This document shows positions 40,921-50,512 of a stretch of DNA of 64,000 nucleotides, in pieces. Every line of letters begins with the position of its first letter. Position 1 is the stretch's first letter. This stretch comes from an uncultured Clostridium sp. Its GTDB lineage: Bacteria > Bacillota > Clostridia > UBA1212 > UBA1255. The notes beneath the pieces were generated by a model. That model saw only the letters and a list, made by a program, of their open reading frames with translations, was not told the origin of the DNA and did not search any database. Both the position numbers and the translations under genes were made by a program. The stretch lies in NCBI GenBank assembly GCA_900543695.1, contig UQSG01000004.1:14331-78330 (forward strand), read 5' to 3'.

Positions 40921-42195
40921 TTATTGACGCACGATGACGTCCTCGCGCTTCGGTCCATTTGTAACGATGGTAATCGGGAAGCCAAGCTCGCTTTCGATCC
41001 ATTCCACGTACGCCCTGCAGTTTTCCGGAAGCTCCTTGTAATTGCGAATCCCGCGGATATCGCATTTCCAGCCGGGGAGCGACTTCAGCACGGGCTTTGC
41101 GCGTTCAAGCAGCGGACTGACCGGAAAATCCTTTGTGATTTTTCCGTCGATCTCATAACCGACGCATATTTTCAGCTCGTCCAGATAGCCGAGCGCATCC
41201 AGCACCGTAAGCGCGACCTCCGTACAGCCCTGAACCCGGCAGCCGTAGCGCGTCGCGACCGCGTCGAACCATCCCATCCGGCGGGGACGTCCGGTTGTAG
41301 CTCCGTACTCTCCTTTATCGCCTCCGCGGCGCCGCAGCTCCTCCGCCTCGTCCCCAAAAATTTCGCTGACGAACGGGCCCGCTCCGACTGCGCTCGAATA
41401 CGCCTTTACCACCGTGGTAACCTTTTCGATTTTCCGCGCCGGAACGCCCGCTCCGACCGCGCCAAAGCCGGCCAGCGTATGGGAGGACGTTGTAAACGGA
41501 TAAATTCCGAAATCGGGATCCTTCAGAGAGCCAAGCTGTCCCTCCAGCAGGATATTTTTGCCGTTTTCCGCGGCATCGTAAACGTAACGGAACGTATCCG
41601 CCACATAAGGCGCGATCATTTCTTTATAGGATAGCAGCGTCTCGTACAGCTCCTCCGCATCGAGCTGAGGCTTGTGGTACAGCTCCTTGAGAAGGATATT
41701 TTTCACGGGCAGAATGCTTTCAATTCTCTCTCTGAGCCGTGCGGAATCAAACAGATCGCATACCTGAATTCCGTTTTTCGCATATTTGTCAGAATAAAAC
41801 GGCGCAATTCCCGATTTTGTGGAGCCGAACTGTTTTCCCGCCAGACGCTCTTCCTCATATTGATCGAAAAGCACATGATACGGCATAACGATCTGCGCGC
41901 GGTCTGAAACCAGGATCTTAGGATTGATCCCCATGTCCTTCAGCGCGTTCAGTTCATTATAAAACGAGGGAATATTCAGTGCGACGCCATTCCCGATGAT
42001 ATTTACGATATGCTCATAGCATACGCCGGACGGAAGAAGGTGAAGTGCAAAACGCCCCTTCTCATTAATAATGGTATGTCCCGCATTGGCGCCCCCCTGG
42101 AAACGAACGACAAGATCCGAATCTGCCGCATACATGTCGGTAATCTTTCCTTTTCCCTCGTCTCCCCAGTTTGCTCCTACGATAGCTCTAATCAT
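40921..42195 (-). CDS. purA: adenylosuccinate synthase
   Basis: ...VGANWGDEGKGKITD......FQGGANAGHT... Confidence 0.97.
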   Translation of the reverse strand: MIRAIVGANWGDEGKGKITDMYAADSDLVVRFQGGANAGHTIINEKGRFALHLLPSGVCYEHIVNIIGNGVALNIPSFYNELNALKDMGINPKILVSDRAQIVMPYHVLFDQYEEERLAGKQFGSTKSGIAPFYSDKYAKNGIQVCDLFDSARLRERIESILPVKNILLKELYHKPQLDAEELYETLLSYKEMIAPYVADTFRYVYDAAENGKNILLEGQLGSLKDPDFGIYPFTTSSHTLAGFGAVGAGVPARKIEKVTTVVKAYSSAVGAGPFVSEIFGDEAEELRRRGGDKGEYGATTGRPRRMGWFDAVATRYGCRVQGCTEVALTVLDALGYLDELKICVGYEIDGKITKDFPVSPLLERAKPVLKSLPGWKCDIRGIRNYKELPENCRAYVEWIESELGFPITIVTNGPKREDVIVRQ

Positions 42196-42215
42196 AGTTT
42201 TACCTCCTAATAGTA

Positions 42216-43655
42216 TCAGACATTAAGCTCTGCCTGCATGCCGAGCCGGTCCTTCCAGCGATCCAGAATCGCGGTCCGGATGTGCGCGACATATTCTTCC
42301 GTCTGTGCTGGCGCGCGGCCTACAAATCTTGAAGCATCCAGGATTTCCTCCGCCAGATCAGGCGTCAGGCCGAACGATTTGTCAGCCACAAGGCGGTCGA
42401 TCAGGTCGTTTTCCAGCCCTTCCGTTTTGACGCGGGCCGCCGCCGCCATGGAATGGACTCGGATTTTCTCATGAAGCTCCTGACGGTCTCCGCCGCGCTT
42501 GACGGCATCCATTAAAATATTTTCCGTTGCCATAAACGGCAGTTCTTTTTTGAGATGCGCCTCGATTACTTTCGGATAAACCACGAGTCCCCGGGCGATA
42601 TTCAGATAAATTCCCAGAATGGCGTCCGTTGCGAGAAACGCCTCCGAAACGCTGATTCGTTTATTTGCCGAATCGTCCAGCGTGCGCTCGAACCACTGCT
42701 CGGAAGCCGTCATTGCCGGATTCAGCGCATCGGCGATGACATAGCGGGAAAGAGCGGCGATCCGCTCGCTCCGCATCGGATTGCGTTTATATGCCATGGC
42801 GGAAGAGCCAATCTGATTTTCTTCAAATGGTTCTTCAATTTCCTTTAAATTTTGCAGAAGCCTGATGTCGTTCGAGAATTTATGGGCGGATTGCGCGATT
42901 CCGCTCAGTACGTTCAGAATCTGGCTGTCCAGCTTGCGCGGATAGGTTTGTCCCGTTACAGCAAATACGTCGGAATATCCCATCTTCTCCGCGACAAGCC
43001 GATCCAGCTTTTTTACCTTCTCGCCGTCTCCGTCGAAAAGCTCTAAGAAGCTGGCCTGCGTACCGGTCGTTCCCTTCGCGCCGCGGAGCTTCTTCTTGGC
43101 AAGCTGCTCCTGCAGCGCCTCGTAGTCCATTTCAAGATCCTGCAGCCACAAAGTCGCCCGTTTTCCCACGGTCGTCAGCTGCGCAGGCTGATAATGCGTG
43201 TAGCCAAGCGTCGGAAGCGATTTGTATTGGATCGCAAAGTCCGCAAGCGCGGCCATGACGTTGACAAGCTTCTCGCGGATCAGCTCCAGCGCCTCATGCA
43301 TAATGATAACGTCCGCATTGTCGCCTACATAGCAGGAGGTCGCCCCCAGATGGATAATCGGCTTTGCCGCCGGGCACTGTTCTCCGTATGCATATACGTG
43401 CGCCATGACGTCATGACGCACAAGGCGTTCGCGCGCCTCCGCCGCCTCATAATTAATATCGTCCGCCGACCTGCGCAGCTCGTCGATCTGCTCCTGCGAG
43501 ATCGGAAGGCCAAGCTCTCTTTCACTTTCCGCCAGGGCGATCCAGAGCCTTCTCCACGTTCTGAATTTCTTATCCGGGGAAAACAGGAACTGCATTTCTT
43601 TACTGGCATATCTGGAATTCAGCGGCGTTTCATACGTTGATTTGCTGCTCGTCAT
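42216..43655 (-). CDS. purB: adenylosuccinate lyase
   Basis: 479 aa. ...PLNSRYASKEM...GSSAMAYKRNP (fumarate-lyase signature). Confidence 0.95.
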   Translation of the reverse strand: MTSSKSTYETPLNSRYASKEMQFLFSPDKKFRTWRRLWIALAESERELGLPISQEQIDELRRSADDINYEAAEARERLVRHDVMAHVYAYGEQCPAAKPIIHLGATSCYVGDNADVIIMHEALELIREKLVNVMAALADFAIQYKSLPTLGYTHYQPAQLTTVGKRATLWLQDLEMDYEALQEQLAKKKLRGAKGTTGTQASFLELFDGDGEKVKKLDRLVAEKMGYSDVFAVTGQTYPRKLDSQILNVLSGIAQSAHKFSNDIRLLQNLKEIEEPFEENQIGSSAMAYKRNPMRSERIAALSRYVIADALNPAMTASEQWFERTLDDSANKRISVSEAFLATDAILGIYLNIARGLVVYPKVIEAHLKKELPFMATENILMDAVKRGGDRQELHEKIRVHSMAAAARVKTEGLENDLIDRLVADKSFGLTPDLAEEILDASRFVGRAPAQTEEYVAHIRTAILDRWKDRLGMQAELNV

Positions 43656-43684
43656 ATTCTCTCTCGTTTCTCCTTCCGAATCAT

Positions 43685-45070
43685 TCAGTCCTCGTGCTCA
43701 TACGGATAATTTCCGGTAAAGCATCCGTCGCAGAAGCTGCAGCGGATCTCCGGGACGATTTCCTTTAGACGCTCCACCGGCATAAAGCCGAGAGAATCCG
43801 CGCCGAGCATCCTGCAGATTTCATCGACTGTATAATGGCAGGCCAGAAGATGCTCCTTTGAAGGAATATCCGTGCCAAAATAGCAGGGCCATATAAAAGG
43901 CGGCGCACTGATCCGCATATGGACTTCTTTCGCCCCCGCTTCCTTCAGCATTTCCACAAGCTTTGCGGAGGTGGTGCCGCGGACGATGGAGTCGTCTACC
44001 AGCACGATCCGTTTTCCTTTCACGGCGTCCTTCAAAACGTTGATCTTCAGTCGTACCGCCGTAGTTCTCTGCTCCTGCGAGGGCTGTATGAAGGTCCTCC
44101 CGACATACCGGTTGATGACGAGCGCTTTCCCATACGGGATCCCCGCGGCCTGGGCGTATCCGATCGCGGCGTCGATGCCGGAGTCCGGAACGGCCGCCAC
44201 AAGATCCGCCTCCACGGGATACGTTTCCGAAAGAATTTTACCCGTCAGCTTTCTGGCCTCATGTACGCTCATGCCCTCAATGACGGAATCAGAGCGCGCA
44301 AAATAAAGATATTCGAAAATACAGATCCGGGAAGTCCTCGGATCTCCGCAGTTGCTGCGGATTGTGCGCATTCCGTCGGCGTCGATCACAACGACCTCTC
44401 CCGGCTCGACTTCCCGCACATACTCCGCCCGCACCGTGTCCAGCGCGCACGTTTCAGAAGCGATCACAAAAGAATTATCGATCCGGCCAATACACAGGGG
44501 ACGCATTCCCTGGGGATCCCGACATGCAATCAGCTTTTGCGGACTCATCATAACGAGAGAGTAGGAACCCTTCAGCTCTTTCATGACCTCCGCAAGCGCC
44601 GTTTCCACACGCCCCGTCTTCATGCGCGCGCGGGCCAGCAGGTGCATGATGATCTCCGTATCGTTCGTGGTCTGGAAAATTGCCCCGTCCAGCTCCAGAC
44701 GATGCTTCAATTCACGATAATTCGAAAGGTTGCCGTTTACGGCCATCGCAAGCTGTCCCTTGACATACCGGCTTACGAGCGGCTGCGCGTTAAGCACGCT
44801 GTTCTCCCCCGTCGTACTGTAGCGCACGTGCCCGATCGCCATTCTGCCTTTCAGCTTATCGAGCACGTCAGACGAGAAGACCTCCTGCACGAGGCCTCTG
44901 TCTTTATATAATGTAATTTCCCGGTCCTTGTTAATGGCAATGCCGGCGCTTTCCTGTCCTCTGTGCTGCAGAGCGAACAGCCCGGCGTATGTGATGCGCG
45001 CGGTGTCAAAGCCGTCGTTGTCAAACATGGCGAAAACGCCGCATTCTTCATGTAGCCCATCTGTCATCAT
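43685..45070 (-). CDS. purF: amidophosphoribosyltransferase
   Basis: ...ECGVFAMF (N-terminal Cys nucleophile), LQHRGQESAGIA, VLVDDSIVRGTT, and C-terminal Cys ligands. Confidence 0.97.
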   Translation of the reverse strand: MMTDGLHEECGVFAMFDNDGFDTARITYAGLFALQHRGQESAGIAINKDREITLYKDRGLVQEVFSSDVLDKLKGRMAIGHVRYSTTGENSVLNAQPLVSRYVKGQLAMAVNGNLSNYRELKHRLELDGAIFQTTNDTEIIMHLLARARMKTGRVETALAEVMKELKGSYSLVMMSPQKLIACRDPQGMRPLCIGRIDNSFVIASETCALDTVRAEYVREVEPGEVVVIDADGMRTIRSNCGDPRTSRICIFEYLYFARSDSVIEGMSVHEARKLTGKILSETYPVEADLVAAVPDSGIDAAIGYAQAAGIPYGKALVINRYVGRTFIQPSQEQRTTAVRLKINVLKDAVKGKRIVLVDDSIVRGTTSAKLVEMLKEAGAKEVHMRISAPPFIWPCYFGTDIPSKEHLLACHYTVDEICRMLGADSLGFMPVERLKEIVPEIRCSFCDGCFTGNYPYEHED

Positions 45071-45146
45071 TTTTGCAAAAGTCTCCTTTTATTTCAGGGT
45101 AAAATGTCGGAATGCCGTATACGCAAACCGTGTACGGCATCCGCTG

Positions 45147-45866
45147 TCAGGCTTTTTTGAATAATTTGTTGAACACCTCGTTGTACGCCTCCTCCACGCC
45201 GCCGAGGTCTCTGCGGAACCTGTCCTTGTCAAGCTTTTCTTTTGTTTTTGCATCCCAAAGCCGACAGGTGTCGGGCGAAATCTCATCTGCAAGAATAATC
45301 TTTCCTCCCAGCGCCGGACAGCGTCCGAATTCAATTTTAAAGTCTACGAGAATAATGCCTACTTTTTCGAAAATCTCGCGGAGCGCATCGTTGACCGCAA
45401 ACGTCATAGCCGCGATTTGATCCAGTTCCTCCCTGGTCGCAAGTCCGAGCGCGATCGCATGATAATCGTTAATCAGGGGATCTCCGAGTTCGTCGTTTTT
45501 ATAGCTGTATTCAAGGATCGTGCAATTCAGCGCGGAGCCCTCCGGAACGCCGTAGCGCTTGGAAAAGCTGCCCGCAGCGACGTTTCTCACAATGACCTCG
45601 AGCGGAACAATTTCCACCCTCCGGACGGCGGTTTCCCGGTCGCTGAGCTCTTCGATGTAGTGCGTCGGAATTCCCTTCTCCTCCAGAAGCCGGAACATCA
45701 AATTGGACATTCTGTTATTGATCACGCCTTTTCCTGCGATCGTACCTTTCTTGAGCCCGTTGAAGGCCGTCGCGTCATCCTTGTATTCAACAATATATAC
45801 GTTCTCGTCATCGGTCTTGTAAACCTTTTTCGCCTTGCCCTCGTACAGCATTTCCAATTTCTTCAT
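45147..45866 (-). CDS. purC: phosphoribosylaminoimidazole-succinocarboxamide (SAICAR) synthase
   Basis: [20 protein letters not shown]... Start at ATG 45864-45866, 8 nt after AAAGGA; the 303-aa ORF-track version is over-extended. Confidence 0.93.
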   Translation of the reverse strand: MKKLEMLYEGKAKKVYKTDDENVYIVEYKDDATAFNGLKKGTIAGKGVINNRMSNLMFRLLEEKGIPTHYIEELSDRETAVRRVEIVPLEVIVRNVAAGSFSKRYGVPEGSALNCTILEYSYKNDELGDPLINDYHAIALGLATREELDQIAAMTFAVNDALREIFEKVGIILVDFKIEFGRCPALGGKIILADEISPDTCRLWDAKTKEKLDKDRFRRDLGGVEEAYNEVFNKLFKKA

Positions 45867-46092
45867 GTTCCGCATCCTTTCCGTTCTTTGATTTCCGGGA
45901 ATCCGAAAAAAAGCAACGGATCTATTGTAGCATACAGCCCATGCTTTTTCAATGAATCGCGGAAAAAATGATATGAAGATTTTTACAGATTCGTCAGCAG
46001 CCACCTTATAAGATCTGCAGAAACAATACGGGCCGCCTTTACAATCTAAGAAAAGCACGATAAAATATTACATCATGTAAGGAAGGATTTTT

Positions 46093-46707
46093 ATGAAAGC
46101 AGCGAGAAATATAATGTTCAGCGCGGCGATAATATTGTTTCTGCTTGTCATTGGGATGGACGGAATCTTCGAGGATTTGCAATTTTATTATCGAGGCGTG
46201 GATCAAACCGGCTTCCAAATCATTACCGGGTGTGTGATTGCAGTATTTTTATTGATCGGTATTTCATTGCATTTCGCTGTTCTTGTAAAAGAGAAACGAA
46301 AGCGCACGAGTGCGGTCGTCGGGACGGCTGCGATCGTTTTGTTTGCTGCGGCCTACTTTGGCGTCTGTGCCTTGGGAAACGGCAGGGATGCAGATCTGAA
46401 ATATTTTTCGTTTTCTTCCCCAAACAGCGAATATTCCATTGTGATTTCGGAAGCGCGTGATTTTTTAGGAAACGGAAGAATCAGCGTTTTTCAGAGGATC
46501 AACGCGTTCCTGATGCGGGAAAAGGGCTACATTCAGACCGTAGACAGATGGAATTCCCCGTTTTCCGACAATCTGTATTCGATTGAATGGGGGCGATGGC
46601 CAGGTCACGATCCATTATTGGGAAGAGGAATGGAAAGAGACGGTCGTGGCGCTGGAATAACGCAAGGGCGCAAGCGGAGGGCTGCCGCCTGGTATCTATG
46701 TGAATAG
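46093..46707 (+). CDS. membrane protein of unknown function; 3' end possibly frameshifted
   Basis: Four hydrophobic helices then a soluble part. After the G5 run at 46589-46593 the annotated frame becomes Arg/Gly-rich. The +1 frame reads GDGQVTIHYWEEEWKETVVALE* and ends at about 46660. Confidence 0.55.
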   Translation: MKAARNIMFSAAIILFLLVIGMDGIFEDLQFYYRGVDQTGFQIITGCVIAVFLLIGISLHFAVLVKEKRKRTSAVVGTAAIVLFAAAYFGVCALGNGRDADLKYFSFSSPNSEYSIVISEARDFLGNGRISVFQRINAFLMREKGYIQTVDRWNSPFSDNLYSIEWGRWPGHDPLLGRGMERDGRGAGITQGRKRRAAAWYLCE

Positions 46708-46733
46708 CCCTCTCGCTGTTCCCGCGCGGCCGG

Positions 46734-48662
46734 TCAGTCCTCTGCCGCCGTTTCTTCGCGCATCTGCCGTTTGCTGATTTCCTCGCTGAGCTCGGAGATA
46801 AAAAGCTCAAGTTCCTTCTGTCCCTCGTCTCCCGCAAATCTGCTTCTTACGGAAACCAGACCGTTTTCTTCTTCTTTCTGTCCGACGACAAGCATATACG
46901 GCACGCGTTCGTTTCGCGCTTCGCGGATTTTATATCCGATCTTCTCCGGACGCTCGTCAAGCTCACAGCGGATTCCCGCCCCCTTCAGCCGCGCCATTAC
47001 CTGAGCGCCGTATCCGATATGCTTATCGGATATCGGGAGGATTTTTACCTGAACCGGAGAAAGCCAGGTCGGGAACTTCCCGGCAAAATGCTCCGTCAAA
47101 ATGCCGATAAACCGCTCGATGGAGCCGAAGCAGACGCGGTGGATCATAATCGGCCGATGCATTTCTCCATCCGCTCCGATATATTCCGCTTCAAAGCGCT
47201 GCGGAAGCTGGAAGTCCAGCTGTATGGTCCCGCACTGCCAGGTCCTGCCGATGGCGTCGACCAGGTGAAAATCAATTTTCGGTCCGTAGAACGCGCCGTC
47301 CCCTTCATTTACGGTATAATCCAGCTGCATATCCTCCAGCGCCTTCCGGAGTCCTTCCGTTGCCAGCTCCCAGTCCTCATCGCTGCCCATCGAGTCCTCC
47401 GGTCTGGTGGAAAGCTCAATAAAGTATTTGAATCCGAAAAGCTGATAGACCTCGTCGATCAGCCGGACCACGCCTTTGATCTCATCCCGGATCTGCTCCG
47501 GCGTCATAAAGATGTGGGCGTCGTCCTGATTAAAGCACCTTACGCGCATCAGCCCGTGCAGAGCGCCCGATTTTTCATGACGGTGTACCAGTCCAACCTC
47601 CGCGATGCGCAGCGGCAGCTCGCGGTATGAATGCGGCTTGGATTTGTAGACCAGCATACCGCCGGGACAGTTCATGGGCTTGACGGCAAAATCCTCTCCG
47701 TCGATTACGGTCGTATACATGTTTTCTTTATAGTGCTCCCAGTGTCCCGAGGTCTCCCACAGCCGGCGGTTCAGCATAATAGGCGTGGAAATTTCCACAT
47801 ACCCCTCCCGCTCGTGAATTTCACGCCAATATTGCATCAGCGTGTTTTTCAGCACCATTCCCTTTGGTAAAAAGAATGGGAAGCCGGGGCCCTCGTCCGC
47901 GAACAGAAACAGCTCCAGCTCCTTGCCCAGTTTCCTGTGGTCGCGTTTCTTTGCCTCTTCCAGCATGGTAAGGTACGCTTCCAGATCCGAGCTTTTGGGA
48001 TACGCCGTTCCGTAAATTCTGGTCAGCATTTTATTTTTCTCGCTTCCGCGCCAGTATGCGCCTGCGATTTTCATCAGCTTAATCGCTTTGACCGCTTTTG
48101 TTGACATCAGATGCGGTCCTGCGCACAGATCCGTAAATTCGCCCTGGCGGTACAGGCTGATGGCGGCGTCCTCCGGCAGATCGCGGATCAGCTCTACTTT
48201 ATACGGCTCCCCCTTCTCTTCAAAAAACCGGATCGCCTCTTCCCTTGGCAGCTCGTAGCGCTCCAGCGCCAGATTTTCCTTGACGATTTTCTTCATTTCC
48301 GCTTCGATCGCGGGAAAATCATCCGCGGACAGCGGTTCCTCACTGTCGACGTCATAGTAGAAGCCGTCGTCGACGGAGGGGCCGATCGCCAGCTTTACAT
48401 TCGGATAAAGGCGCTTGAGCGCCTGCGCCAGGATATGCGACGCCGTATGCCGGAATGCGTCTCTGCCGCCTTTTTCTTCAAATGTAAGGATATTCAGGCG
48501 GCAGTCCCGGTCTACCTTCGTTCTCAGATCTACGCGTTCGCCGTCAATTTCTCCTGCGCAGGCTGCTCTTGCAAGGCCCTCGCTCAGATCCTTTGCAATC
48601 TCAAGCACGGTTTTCGTCTCCGCGTATTCGCGGACGGAGCCGTCTTTCAATGTAATTTTCAT
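46734..48662 (-). CDS. thrS: threonine--tRNA ligase
   Basis: MKITLKDGSVREY... (TGS domain), class II motifs ...FRHTASHILAQA..., HRHE.SGALHGL.RVR.F.QDDAHIF. Start at ATG 48660-48662 after GAAAGGAG. Confidence 0.97.
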   Translation of the reverse strand: MKITLKDGSVREYAETKTVLEIAKDLSEGLARAACAGEIDGERVDLRTKVDRDCRLNILTFEEKGGRDAFRHTASHILAQALKRLYPNVKLAIGPSVDDGFYYDVDSEEPLSADDFPAIEAEMKKIVKENLALERYELPREEAIRFFEEKGEPYKVELIRDLPEDAAISLYRQGEFTDLCAGPHLMSTKAVKAIKLMKIAGAYWRGSEKNKMLTRIYGTAYPKSSDLEAYLTMLEEAKKRDHRKLGKELELFLFADEGPGFPFFLPKGMVLKNTLMQYWREIHEREGYVEISTPIMLNRRLWETSGHWEHYKENMYTTVIDGEDFAVKPMNCPGGMLVYKSKPHSYRELPLRIAEVGLVHRHEKSGALHGLMRVRCFNQDDAHIFMTPEQIRDEIKGVVRLIDEVYQLFGFKYFIELSTRPEDSMGSDEDWELATEGLRKALEDMQLDYTVNEGDGAFYGPKIDFHLVDAIGRTWQCGTIQLDFQLPQRFEAEYIGADGEMHRPIMIHRVCFGSIERFIGILTEHFAGKFPTWLSPVQVKILPISDKHIGYGAQVMARLKGAGIRCELDERPEKIGYKIREARNERVPYMLVVGQKEEENGLVSVRSRFAGDEGQKELELFISELSEEISKRQMREETAAED

Positions 48663-48962
48663 TTCTGCAGTTCTCCTTTCAGTTTCGGTACAACAAAAAA
48701 CGCCCCTCGCGTTGTCATTTAACGCAAGGGGCGAATCACTCACCGTGGATCCGCGGTTCCACCCTTATTATTCCGGCGGAAGCGTCCGCGGAACATCTCA
48801 AAAGCGATGATAACGGAATCACCGGACCGGATTGGGGCCACTCAGAGGCCGTTTTCCCTTTGTGTTCCGCTGAAAGACTCACAGCCCGCGGCGCGCTGAA
48901 CGCCGACCGGTCTCTCTCTCTGGGAGCTTTCCACAAGGTACTCGTCTCGTCAACGTGTTGAG
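48663..48962 (-). promoter_or_regulatory. T-box riboswitch leader of thrS
   Basis: Minus strand shows UGACGA...GAGUA (K-turn/S-turn region), the AG box AGAGAGA, the T-box sequence AAUAAGGGUGGAACCGCGG (48751-48770) and a terminator. The Thr specifier is ACG or ACA; I could not resolve it without folding. Confidence 0.85.
48691..48733 (-). terminator. T-box terminator hairpin
   Basis: Minus strand: CGCCCCUUGCG-(loop)-CGCGAGGGGCG followed by UUUUUU. Confidence 0.85.
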
Positions 48963-48968
48963 GTATGA

Positions 48969-48997
48969 ATTATAATGCGCAGGCAGAATTCTGTCAA
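48969..48997 (-). promoter_or_regulatory. consensus sigma-A promoter of thrS
   Basis: Minus strand: TTGACA (48992-48997), 17-nt spacer, TATAAT (48969-48974). Confidence 0.7.
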
Positions 48998-49004
48998 TAG
49001 CAGC

Positions 49005-49065
49005 AGGTCATCCGCCAGAAAGTAAATTTAATGATTCCCGGGGTATTATGTTTATTACGCGCCAT
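49005..49065 (-). repeat. copy E (truncated) of the Sir2-gene 3'-end repeat
   Basis: Minus strand reads ATG GCG CGT AAT AAA CAT AAT ACC CCG GGA ATC ATT AAA TTT ACT TTC TGG CGG ATG ACC = MARNKHNTPGIIKFTFWRMT, homologous to copies A-D. Similarity is lost where the thrS promoter begins. Confidence 0.7.
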
Positions 49066-49160
49066 TTTTTGAATTTACTGCACATATTAGACTTGAAAAT
49101 ATGTCAAATATCCTTTCTTCTTTGTTATGCATCCTCGGTATTATGAAAGAATTGAATAAT

Positions 49161-49205
49161 AAAAAAACAGAAGTGGTCAGTCACACATAAGGGAGGCTGA
49201 CCACT
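49161..49205 (-). terminator. intrinsic terminator after the 408-aa ATPase gene
   Basis: Minus strand: AGTGGTCAG-(16 nt)-CTGACCACT followed by TCTGTTTTTTT. Confidence 0.65.
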
Positions 49206-49214
49206 TTCTATCAT

Positions 49215-50441
49215 CTATATAAGATTACAAGGAATAAAGCAGTTTTTCTGATCAATCGGTATTACTTCTTCGCACATGCAAACAATACCGCCGCTGCCAC
49301 GTTCTAAGGTTGTCTTGTCGAGTACCTCGTATTTTTTGATTTCTCTGCGATCAGGATTTGCAGATTTTTTGATTTCCAGCGGATGAACCAATCCGTTTTC
49401 TTCTACAATCACATCAATTTCTTTTGCGTTAGAATCACGGTAGTATGTCAGATTTGCTTTATCTGCTGAGTAAGAAAAACTTTTCAAAAGCTCAATCACA
49501 ACATAGTTTTCAAAATAGTGACCGTTTGCGGCGCCATTCATCAGGGTATCTCTGGTAAGCCACATGGACAGATAGGCGCACAGTCCGGTATCACAGAAAT
49601 ACAGTTTGGGTGTTTTTGTTAATCGCTTCAATTCATTATTGGCAAAGGGCAGCAGAAGATAGACAATGCCTAATCCCTGCAAGATACGCAGCCATTCTTT
49701 GGCTGTGGGCTGGGAAATGTCGGCTGACTCCGCCAAAGTTTTATAATTTACCTGCTCGGCTGTCAAGGCAGCACAGGCAGTAAGGAATTTTCGGAAACGT
49801 ACAGAATCGGTAATACTACCTTCCTCCGCCACATCCCGCATCAGGTAGGTTTCAATATAAGAATTGAAATATTCCTGCCTCTGCTCGGCATCGGCCCGCA
49901 AAGCGTCTGGCATCCCGCCGCGCCAGATATGCTCGAACACATCTACAATATCATTCTTTTTTGCCGTTTTCTGCCGCTCCAAAAGACACGGCAGAGAGAA
50001 ATCCAATTTGTTTGCAAAAACTTCTCCATCTACTTCATTTTTGGAAAAGCTGTACAGCTCCAGAATCCCAATCCTTCCGGCCAGCGTGTCGCGGATATTT
50101 TTCATCACCTTATACTGCTGGGAACCCGTCAGCCAGAACAATCCTCTTTCCTCGGTTTCATCACACATAATCTTAATCTGTTCAAACAGCTCCGGTGCTT
50201 TTTGTATCTCGTCAATGATGATAGGAGGCTTATAGGTTTGAAAAAATAAAACGGGATCCGCTTGGGCCAGGATTCTGGCCATTGTATTATCCATAGAAAT
50301 GTAAGTGCGGTTTTGTCCCTCAGCCAAATGTTTCAGCATGGTAGTTTTACCAACCTGCCGCGCACCTGTTACAAGCACCGCTTTGAAAAAGGAACTCATA
50401 CGCAAAAACTTTCGTTCCAATGCTCGCTCAATGTATCGCAT
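49215..50441 (-). CDS. AAA+ ATPase with DUF4143-type C-terminal domain (COG1373-like), cassette 4
   Basis: 408 aa. GARQVGKTT (Walker A), PIIIDEIQ (Walker B). The C-terminus EIDVIVE...PLEIKKS is a PD-(D/E)xK-like pattern. GGAGG lies 7 nt before the ATG. Confidence 0.85.
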   Translation of the reverse strand: MRYIERALERKFLRMSSFFKAVLVTGARQVGKTTMLKHLAEGQNRTYISMDNTMARILAQADPVLFFQTYKPPIIIDEIQKAPELFEQIKIMCDETEERGLFWLTGSQQYKVMKNIRDTLAGRIGILELYSFSKNEVDGEVFANKLDFSLPCLLERQKTAKKNDIVDVFEHIWRGGMPDALRADAEQRQEYFNSYIETYLMRDVAEEGSITDSVRFRKFLTACAALTAEQVNYKTLAESADISQPTAKEWLRILQGLGIVYLLLPFANNELKRLTKTPKLYFCDTGLCAYLSMWLTRDTLMNGAANGHYFENYVVIELLKSFSYSADKANLTYYRDSNAKEIDVIVEENGLVHPLEIKKSANPDRREIKKYEVLDKTTLERGSGGIVCMCEEVIPIDQKNCFIPCNLI

Positions 50442-50483
50442 TACATAACCTCCGTAATTTTAGGAAAATACAAAGTTTACTTT

Positions 50484-50512
50484 ATTTTATCCTAAAACCC
50501 TGTTGCTGTCAA
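50484..50512 (-). promoter_or_regulatory. putative promoter of cassette 4
   Basis: Minus strand: TTGACA (50507-50512), 17 nt, TAAAAT (50484-50489). Confidence 0.5.

Noticed and set aside
45867-46092. Purine or ZTP riboswitch, or PurR box, upstream of purC
   Set aside because: The minus-strand leader lacks the purine-aptamer UAUAA...AUAUGG...CUACC signature and the ZTP GGGUCGUGAC...CCGCCUGGGCA motifs. Only a weak AU-rich hairpin (AAAAAGCA...UGCUUUUU) and a poor PurBox-like TTTCCGCGATT are present. It is more likely just a divergent promoter region.
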